Shown here in pieces: positions 24,678 to 33,967 of a stretch of 64,000 bases of DNA. The position numbers and the translations under genes were made by a program. The first letter of the stretch is position 1. Each line of letters opens with the position of its first letter. Source of the stretch: Pseudovirgaria hyperparasitica (taxonomy: Eukaryota); the NCBI GenBank assembly GCA_010093815.1, contig ML996569.1, one strand, 5' to 3'. The notes beneath the pieces were generated by a model that saw only the letters and a list, made by a program, of their open reading frames with translations, was not told the DNA's origin and searched no databases.

Positions 24678-27265
24678 ATGTCAATACTTTTCGCACCCGC
24701 CCGTGGTTCTCGTGTCGCTCTCTCGCGAGCTGATCTGGTAAGTTTCAACATCAATTGCCTACAGTAGTCGCGTGCAAGAATCCACAGCTTCCACCCAGAA
24801 ACCCTCCAACATCAAATAATTGATGGCTGACGCTTTGCTACTAGAGAACCTCGCGATGTGTAGGACAGGTCAGCAGCTCAATTCGGAGCCTGGCAACAGT
24901 CACAAACCCTCGCCCTCCTCAAATCGACATTTCATCTCGCACGCCGCCGTATCCTAAGCTCCTCAAGCGCCTAGCAGAAGTCCGCCGTGTATTGGGCTCA
25001 AGTCGCGCCCTTACCCTGGCAGAGAAAATCCTTTACTCGCATTTGGACAACCCTGAAGAATCACTCTTGACGAACACTCAGAATGGCGCCAATATTCGAG
25101 GCGTTGCCAACCTCAAGCTCAAGCCCGATCGCGTGGCCATGCAAGACGCATCAGCTCAGATGGCTCTTTTACAGTTCATGTCCTGCGGAATGTCCACTAC
25201 GGCTGTCCCTGCGAGCGTCCACTGCGATCATATGATAGTCGGAGAGAAGGGCGCGGACACAGATTTGCCGAATTCGATAGCAGGGAACAAAGAGGTTTTC
25301 GACTTTCTTGAAAGCGCTGCGAAGAAGTACGGAATTGAGTTCTGGCCGCCTGGTGCGGGCATCATTCATCAGTCAGTATTGGAGAACTACTCGGCACCTG
25401 GGTTGATGATGCTGGGAACCGACAGTCATACACCAAACGCTGGGGGACTAGGTGCCATCGCGATCGGCGTAGGTGGCGCTGACGCTGTTGATGCCCTAGT
25501 AGATGCTCCTTGGGAACTCAAGGCACCTAAGATCCTAGGTGTGAGACTCGAAGGACAACTCAGCGGCTGGACTTCTCCAAAAGACGTGATCATGTACCTG
25601 GCTGGGAAACTCACAGTCAGGGGTGGCACAGGGTTCATTATTGAATACCATGGACCCGGCGTGGACACCTTGAGCTGTACCGGAATGGCTACAGCTTGTA
25701 ACATGGGAGCAGAAGTTGGCGCCACTACCTCTCTCTTCCCCTTCTCTCCGGGCCACATCTCATACCTAGAAGCTACTCATCGTGGTCCCATTGCTAAGCA
25801 AGCAGCTGAAATTGCGTCATATGAATCTTCTCGAAATCTTCTCCGTCCAGATCCCGATGCCGAATATGACCAACTCATCACTATAAATCTGTCGGAACTT
25901 GAGCCACACATCAACGGACCTTTCACCCCTGATCTTTCTACTCCGCTTTCGAAGTTCAAAGATACTGTCGCTATAAACAATTGGCCTGAGACTTTCGGTG
26001 CTGGACTGATCGGTAGCTGTACAAACAGCTCATACGAAGACATGACCCGTGCCGAACACCTTGTCAAACAAGCTCAGGCTGCTGGGCTATCTCCTAAGGC
26101 CGATTTCTTTATTACTCCGGGAAGCGAACAGATCCGTGCAACACTTGAGCGAGACGAGACACTGTCAACATTCTCGTCCGCTGGTGGTACTGTACTCGCA
26201 AATGCGTGTGGACCGTGTATCGGCCAATGGAAGCGAAATGACGGTGTTGAAAAGGGTACTGACAACGCCATCTTCACATCATATAACCGCAATTTTCCTG
26301 GTCGCAACGATGGCAATCGCAAGACAATGAACTTTCTCGCGTCTCCGGAGATTGTCACGGCAATGAGTTATTCTGGCAGTACAACATTCAATCCCATGAC
26401 TGATAGCATCCCGACCTCAAATGGACAAGAGTTTCGGTTCAACCCCCCATCTGGCTACGAGCTACCATCGGCAGGATTTGCAGATGGAAACCCACTTTTC
26501 CAGCCTACGCCCGGCGTACCAGACCCGACCGTAGATGTGGCCGTGTCTCCTACCTCTGATAGACTTGCACTTCTAGAACCATTTGCACCTTATCCAACCG
26601 GTCAGGAATTTTCCGACCTTCGCGTGCTATACAAAGTCAAAGGCCAATGCACAACCGATACCATCTCGGCAGCTGGTCCGTGGCTGAAGTACAAGGGTCA
26701 TCTACCCAATATTTCCGAAAACACCCTCATCGGCGCCGTCAACGCAGCAACAGGCGAGACTAACACAGCCTATGACACCGATGGCACGACATCCGGTATT
26801 CCAGAGCTGGCGAAGCGTTGGAAAGATCAAGGCCGCGAGTGGATCGTCGTAGCCGAACACAACTATGGCGAGGGAAGTGCGCGAGAACACGCCGCCCTGC
26901 AACCGCGCTATCTAGGTGGCCGGATCATCCTTGCCAAGAGCTTTGCTCGTATTCACGAGACGAATTTGAAGAAACAAGGCGTCATCCCATTGACGTTTGC
27001 GAATGAGGCGGATTACGATAAGATCGATGCTTGCGATGAGCTGAGCACCAGGGGGCTCTGGGAGACGCTGGAGAGTGGCGGCAAGGGTAGCGTGGAGCTT
27101 GTGGTGAAGAAGAAGGACGGCTCCGAGGTCGTGGTGCAGACGAAGCATACGCTAAGTGCTGATCAGTGTGGGTTTATTATAGCAGGTAGTGCACTGAACT
27201 TGCTTGCGCGACAGGCACAGGAAGCACGAGAAGAGGTCGTTAGGGGAAATGAGTTGAGCGATTAG
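24678..27265 (+). CDS. ACO2: Mitochondrial aconitase family protein, ACO2/AcoB type (homocitrate dehydratase-like); 1 intron
   Basis: DRVAMQDASAQMA, HCDH, GTDSHT, IGSCTNSS, ANACGPCIG, TTDTISAAG, NYGEGSAREHAA; ACO2 rather than ACO1 inferred from TTDT and GSARE variants. Confidence 0.85.
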
Positions 27266-27594
27266 AGGTGGGAAGTTCAGGGAAGGCGTTGCTTGTGGGG
27301 TGGTATAAACCTTGGCCGTATTATATGTACATACGCCGGCGTTACAGAGCCGTGTGAAAATTTGACGTTGTTATCAGATTCTACAGCCTCTACTTCGATT
27401 GGTGATACATCTTTGTCAGATTACGACGAGCCAGGATGTTGTCTCAGGGGTGTATGGCACACATCCGTATCGTCTCTTTGTGTATCGTGCACTTTGTCCT
27501 CTACGTAGGCGGCGAACAAATTCCACTGTAAAATATATTCCATTCTTATGTTATAGTAAGCGTGTTTTGCCTTTTTCATTGACATGGGATCATA

Positions 27595-27814
27595 CAACAG
27601 GGGGCTGCAAAAGTCGCTCTTTTAGGCGAGAGCCTCACTAATCATATACTTTACCACGTTTAGATCTCCCCAGAAATGATATAGAGAGTAAGAGGTATAT
27701 ATCGAATATTTTGATCGTAGAGCTCAAGTAGGATAATGCTACTGCTATAAAGGCGGGTAAGACGAGTGAGTGTTGATGAGAGACGATCCACGACTTTTGC
27801 TGCCCCCCCTGTTG
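27595..27814. mobile_element. Short MITE-like element (220 bp)
   Basis: TIRs CAACAGGGGGCTGCAAAAGTCG (27595-27616) and CGACTTTTGCTGCCCCCCCTGTTG (27791-27814); ATA on both flanks; AT/TpA-rich interior. Confidence 0.7.
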
Positions 27815-29605
27815 ATATGACCAGGACCGCGGGCTCTTATTGGCCGATCAGGACTCACATCAGTAATTTTGAAGTTGTGAATGGTCGTAGAAGATTTCGG
27901 GCTGTTGGACCTGTGATGAAACGGCTATATCATAGTTCTCTGAATACTTGTATGGCATAGTAACCGCTTAGATAATGGCTCCGTGCTGGCCGATAGAGAA
28001 CAGCGTGAAGAGCAGTATCCCAGCGTAGAGCTCGATGAGAGCGGCCTTCCAACCGCACGAGACGCAGCATCTTCAGTTTACCGCTCCTAATTATCGAGGC
28101 GATTAGTGAACTACTCATGACTGGCAAACGGAACAGTAGACGGGACGGTCATGAGGTTTAGAAATGGCGGCAAGGGGTTTCGGCTCAGTGTTTTTGACGA
28201 GAGTCCGCTCATGCGGTACGTGATCTCAATGGTTCTCAACTGCCGTGATACCGGTACTACTTCTCCCGATCTGTACAGCCCTGGAATATGCCAAGTAAGG
28301 GGAGTTGATGTGTTCACTCGAGGTCTTCAAAGTGATCAGTGAGGCACAGACGAACGTAACGAGTCGTACGTCCTCCATCGAAAAAATCCTAAGATGTGCC
28401 GCGCATCAATAGACCCACGGGGGCGGGCTTGCCTACCTGCCTGCCTGCCTGCCTGCTTGCTTGCCAGCTTGCCATGCCCTGCAGCACCGCTGGAGCGACC
28501 TCGACAATCCGCCCGCCGCTTCCATTGACAAAATCCCATCACCAAACGCCTCTCCAATTCCCCGAATAGGGAACCGTCATCACCGCCAACCCCACACAGT
28601 ATCACAAAGAACAACGCATGAGTCGCGCCCACGGCGCATGCTGCGGCGTCGGATCTCACCAGCACGCCGGCAGGCGGAATCCATTCCACCGCGTCCATCC
28701 CACGCGCGTTACCAGTACGGCAAGCCCGCCGGTGTGGTAACGGCTTGCTTGCCTGCTTGCTTGCCCATGCCCATGCCCTCTCGCTCGTGTCCCATACACT
28801 CGAGCGTATTATGGACACCCGTGTACACCCCGTTCATACGTACACGCCGTACACACGCTGGATTCTGCTCATACACACGCGCAGCACACCCCCTCATTTT
28901 CCTTGCAGAATGGCACTGGGCGTCCCGCCCTACGGGGCGTGTGGCACCCCGTCCCGAGATTCACGATCCCGCTGATCTGCCAATAGCGCCGGTGCTACTT
29001 TTGACGTCTGTGGCATAGGGCTTGGTGTCAGGGTCGATTCAATGTCCCGATTTGGGAGGCAAGGCGTATTGGTAGGTCTGGATGGTGATGTGGAGGGTGG
29101 TGACCTATTTCACCATGTAGACAGAATAGGTTTGTTGAATTCCGCGGGGTAGGTGTTCGTACAGTGTGATGGCCATTATGCAGTCATTCCACGTCGCTGT
29201 TACTGGTGCTTGACTTCATTGTGTGTTTTTCCGAAGACGCCTCGTAGGGCTGGGAGGGAGGTATTCCAAGGCTGAGGCTGACTAGGGGGCGAGTCATGAA
29301 AAGGCGGTACGTAAGGCGGCGCGGTTACATTAGGGTTCAGCGGTAGTGGTATTGACCCGGGGGTTCGTCCAGGGCTGACCGTATGTGGAACTATGGAACT
29401 GCCAGTGTGGCGTAGTTGAGTTTGTTTGGAGTCTGATTCGAGCGACTGATGCTCCGTAGCCTGTAAGGAGGTACGTTTTGACTTCGAGCTTCGAGCTCTC
29501 CGCATTTTTAAACGCGCCAAAATCGGAAGGCTGTTCCAATGTTAGCATGAGAATAATCTCTGGGTACGTGTCTAATGTAAGGTACTTTTTCTGGTTTGGA
29601 AAAAC

Positions 29606-30956
29606 CTAGAGTTCATCGCTGCACTGGCAAGGATCAACAGATCTTTCACTCTTAAGCTCACGGCTCATGAGACTTTGAATACGAATGTCATCTCTACAGA
29701 ATTTCTCAAGATAAATGCAGATGGCTTCGGTCTCTATTGTCGCTCTCCGATCAATCCACCAAAGAGCTTTCCGAGCTCTTTTATACCACAGTGCAAGAAG
29801 CAACATTGCTCTTGGGTCTTTCTCGAACAACTTGGCCCGAAAAGGCTGCGACATATGATGCAAGAAGTTCAGCCAACGACCTTTCGTTGACATGTCGTAT
29901 TCCAGACTTCTTTGCCTTGCGAGTACATGAACAACAGCAAAATAGGGATTACTTATTGTAGATGTTGCGTCAAGCTCACATATCTCTGCTAGCTGAGGGT
30001 CCACGCCCACGATGCCACGATCAGGGATAGGGCTGAATACTTGTGCGTATTCTTGCGCGGCTTCGAGGAACATGCTGTCGGGTCGCAAAGGATCAGTCAA
30101 GTTCCAGACAGCCATCTTGCCACTGCTCATTCGCAGCCAGTCGAGGTCGGAGGGGTCGTTTGGCTTTAATGGCCATGCTTCTTCAGGTGAGGTTGCATCG
30201 AAAGAAGAAAAGGTCACAATGCCAAGAAAGCCAGCTGTGGCCCAGAGAGGATCCCTCGCATCCTGCTCGATTGGCCTCGACAAGGCCTCGTTGAAGAGCT
30301 TGATGCTTTGGTTCTGGTGGAAGAATTCAGAAGGAGTCTGCGTTGTCGCTCTTGGAGACTTCAGGTACCGCTCATGTAATGCAGTGGCGGCAAGTATGGT
30401 ATGCGCAAAGAAAGGATACTGCATCTGACTTTAGATTACTTCAGCATAATGTCCGAAAATTAGGGCGTACTTGAACAGCATATTTAGCAAGCAGTCTCTC
30501 TCCCAGATCAACAAACTTCGGTCCACCAAGGCTTCTCAGGGTGGTGACACGGAATTGTTCCATCAGATCCACACATCTATCATTCAACGTGAAGCTGGAA
30601 GCTCCAGTCCCACAGTTGATAGCGATCTGAAGTAAAGGCTCCAGTGGCATCTTAGATAGCCTCTTGTAGCCATTGGTCTGATTTGAGAGCTTCCAGGTCT
30701 CTACTCCTTGAGTGGGCGCTTGGAGGTCTGCTATTGTCGATGCATAATTGCAGACAACACCATAGACGTTGCATTTCAAACATTGCGGCTTAGTCTCGTC
30801 GCACTAAGGGATAATTAGCTAGAATAGCCTCATGGTACAATACTATCATGCCTTGACGCTTCTCAATTTGCAGTTACCGCAGCCTTTACGGGATCGCTGA
30901 TAGGGCTTTCGCTTTCTCGGCGCGCGGGCTGGCGGTATGATCTCTTTTGATCCCAT
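29606..30956 (-). CDS. Zn(II)2Cys6 transcription factor (Upc2/DUF3468-like C-terminus), 3 exons
   Basis: RSRKGCGNCKLRSVK|CDETKPQCLKCNVYGVVCNY; PFFAHTILAATALH motif; first intron is GC-AG. Confidence 0.9.
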
Positions 30957-31109
30957 GATAGCGACAAGAACCGAATAATGAATCGTGAGTATCAGTAACT
31001 TGCCTTCGAAAGTAGCATGTTGCGAGGAGGATCTGTCAGTGGACACGAGAGAGGGTTAGTGTAAGGATTGATGCTATGTCCTAAGTCCGAGCCGGCGAAT
31101 TCCTTCCAT

Positions 31110-31611
31110 CCGTTTGTCCATAGTTACATGAGAAAGCTTGGCAGACGGCGCACACATGTCGCGCGCGCACACGAACCATAGTATAAACGACATTTTTAAC
31201 TATTACCGCTATATTATACCTCTATAATTATAAATACTACTATATACTAATCTTAAATAACCCTAAGAATATATCTATACTCTTTTTATTACTTTAAATT
31301 ACCTATAATATCTCTAAAATTATAGAAAAAGAGTAAAGAGAGTAGATTATAGAGAGAGATTCTTAGCTCTAGCTACCTATATACTCCTAGATTTTAAGGC
31401 GCTCTAGAAGGATATAGAGAGAATATTAAAGATCTATAGTACTATATATTAGTTATACTAACTTTCTTCTATTATATATTATAGTTTTATATATTATAGA
31501 GGGATAATGCGGCGGTAATAGGTAAAAATATCGTTTATACTACGGTTCGTGTGCGCGCGCGACATGTGTGCACCCTCTGCCAAGCTTTCTCATGTAACTA
31601 TGGACAAACGG
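31110..31611. mobile_element. MITE / internally deleted DNA transposon (502 bp) with ~119-bp TIRs and RIP-like core
   Basis: Left arm CCGTTTGTCCATAGTTACATGAGAAAGCTTGGCAGA.. is the reverse complement of the right arm over ~119 bp with ~9 mismatches; AT on both flanks; core very AT/TpA-rich. Confidence 0.93.
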
Positions 31612-31895
31612 ATTGGTCTGTCTTTCAATCGGGTCTAATTATGATTGGTATTGGCCTATCAAAATAAGCTAACCTTCTCTCGTGTTGTATCTGATGCTAA
31701 CCCTTTCTCGTCTTTATATATAGTGAGTTTGCTTGCCTCGATAATGAAAACGAAGGTCTCACATACCTAGGTTCCTGCCCGCAATGTTGGATTTACACGG
31801 ACTTTGCGTGATAAAGTGCGAGATCTGAGATCCCAGCTGGTAACCATGGCGCGCATCATCCGAGTCGTGGGAGCAAAGTGTGTGGTCTCATGGCA

Positions 31896-31903
31896 TATAA
31901 ATA
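31896..31903 (+). promoter_or_regulatory. Putative TATA box for the epimerase gene
   Basis: TATAAATA ~130 bp upstream of ATG 32031. Confidence 0.45.
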
Positions 31904-32030
31904 TGTGCCGTTGTCGTAGGGAGAAACTTGTCTCGACATCACATCTCGACAACGGTATTCTCCTTCTCACTTATACTGCCCCTTCAAATATTGAATACAG
32001 ACATCTCAATTTCCACTAAACTTTGACAAG

Positions 32031-32984
32031 ATGCGCACATTCGTAACTGGCGCTACTGGTTGGATTGGACAAGCCGTCATCAAGGAACTGCTGAGCGCCG
32101 GCCATCAGGTCCTAGGACTCTCCCGTTCTGATGCCGGAACGAAAAAGCTGGAATCTCTGGGGGCAGAGGTACACCTAGGATCACTACAGGATCTAGAGAG
32201 TCTCAAAGCAGGTGCAGCAGCATCGGACGCAGTCATCCATTGCGCCTTCACACACGACTTCAAACCCGAAGAAAAGGAAGGAGCGCAGTCGGACAAGGAA
32301 GAGAAGCCTGTAGGCGACTTCGTAGACTGGTGTCGTATTGATAGGGTTGCCATCGAGACAATTGGTGCCGCCCTGTTGGGAACAAAGAAGCCATTCGTTG
32401 TCACAAGTGGCACTCTCTTACTCCCGCAGGGCCGCCTCGTCACGGAAAATGACTTACCAGACCTTAGCACGCCACTTGCGGCTGCTCGTGGACCATCAGA
32501 GACTGCTACTATTGACCTGGCCAAGCAAGGTGTTCACGCGATGGTCATAAGACTAGCACCAACCAACCACGGTGAAGGTGATAAAGGCTTCATCGCAATG
32601 ATGATCGCGACCGCTCGCAAGATTGGAAAGTCAGCCTACATCGGGGAAGGACATAGTCGGTGGCCGGCAGTCCACCGGCTTGACACTGCTCGACTGTATA
32701 AATTGGCCCTCGAGAAGGGCTCTGCTGGGTCGATCTACCATGCGGTAGCAGAAGAGGCGGTGCTTGTGAAAGATATTGCAGAGGCCATCGGCCAGAAGCT
32801 GGGGCTGCCTACCATTAGTATGGGAGCAGAGGAAGTCTTAGAGCACTATGGCTTTCTTGGTCTCGCAATGGGCGGTAACAATCCGACCTCGAATGTGAAG
32901 ACGAAGAACGAGCTGGGGTGGGAGCCGAAGGAGATACCGCTCTTGGAGGACATTAAGCAAGGAAAGTACTTCACATCTGTGTGA
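32031..32984 (+). CDS. NAD-dependent epimerase/dehydratase family oxidoreductase (YLL056C-like), intronless
   Basis: FVTGATGWIG Rossmann motif, DAVIHCAFTHDF, RWPAVHRLD.A.LY.LALE, ELGWEP. Confidence 0.92.
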   Translation: MRTFVTGATGWIGQAVIKELLSAGHQVLGLSRSDAGTKKLESLGAEVHLGSLQDLESLKAGAAASDAVIHCAFTHDFKPEEKEGAQSDKEEKPVGDFVDWCRIDRVAIETIGAALLGTKKPFVVTSGTLLLPQGRLVTENDLPDLSTPLAAARGPSETATIDLAKQGVHAMVIRLAPTNHGEGDKGFIAMMIATARKIGKSAYIGEGHSRWPAVHRLDTARLYKLALEKGSAGSIYHAVAEEAVLVKDIAEAIGQKLGLPTISMGAEEVLEHYGFLGLAMGGNNPTSNVKTKNELGWEPKEIPLLEDIKQGKYFTSV

Positions 32985-33228
32985 ATATGTACATTCATGA
33001 GTGGATACAAGGTTGGATAGTGTTTGTATGCAGGTCTGTTGCCTGCACAATACTTGTTTGTACTGAAAGAAAACCTGGAAACAATGAAATAGATCGTGGC
33101 TGTGCTCAGCCTGTGAGAACCCTGTGGCGCAGCACGCTAGGTCCCCCGCAATCCTCGGACACGTGCGGTCTCGATTTCAAGCACGACGTTCCTTTCTTTC
33201 ATTCTCAGTCGCACTGCATGAATTCATC

Positions 33229-33967
33229 ATGGCACTGAAAAATACGTGGTATCACCGGCGCGTTGCAGATAGTGCTGCAAAAGCGTGCTGGATCTGCTAT
33301 AAGCCTTCGACGAGTGTCCTCATCACCCCAGACAATAAGGTAAGGAGTGACTTGGGGAGAAGAAAGGGCTAAAACATAATTAGTCCTGTAGAGCTGACAT
33401 GAAATGTCATCTCAGGACTTTTTCTATACCTGTGCTGGGCATCTGAAGGATAGGAATTTTGCTGTTCCAGATCCAGATGAAGCTGCAGCAGCTGAGAAAC
33501 GTAAGAAAGATGATGATATGCAGAAGGAGATCGATGCCGTGAAAAAGGAGTATGCCGAGAAAATGAAGAAGAGGATGGAAAAGAAGGAAGCCAAGAAGAA
33601 GGAGAAGGACAAAAGTGACGAAAAGAAGAAGGAAGAAGAACAGAAGGGTGAGGAGGAAGAGAGCGCCTTGGAGAAAGAGAAGAATGACAAGGTAGGCTTC
33701 ATGCTTCGTCAAGAGAAGTGTAACTGACCACTACGCCTAGATCGATGCCCTATCCAAGAAGGAGACAGCGGGAGACGACGGGCCACGAATCTATTCACTA
33801 CATAAGTACGCACACTCTTTATTGTTTGACTTGTAAACTGACACCGTCGTAGAAATTTCTATCAACAGAGACTCGATCGAATCCGCAACGCTGAGCTAGC
33901 AAAGAGAAACCGGGAGCGACTGAAGGATCCATCAACCTTCCCAGCCGTGCCTTCGAACCTTCCCTGA
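33229..33967 (+). CDS. VFA1: Vps4-associated protein 1 (Vfa1) family, 4 exons
   Basis: N.W.HRRVA...AKACWICYKPSTSVLITPDNK|DFFYTCAGHLKD; K/E-rich coil; C-terminal FPAVPSNLP*. Confidence 0.85.

Noticed and set aside
31258..31266. TAACCCTAA telomere-template-like motif
   Set aside because: Lies in the RIP-mutated MITE core
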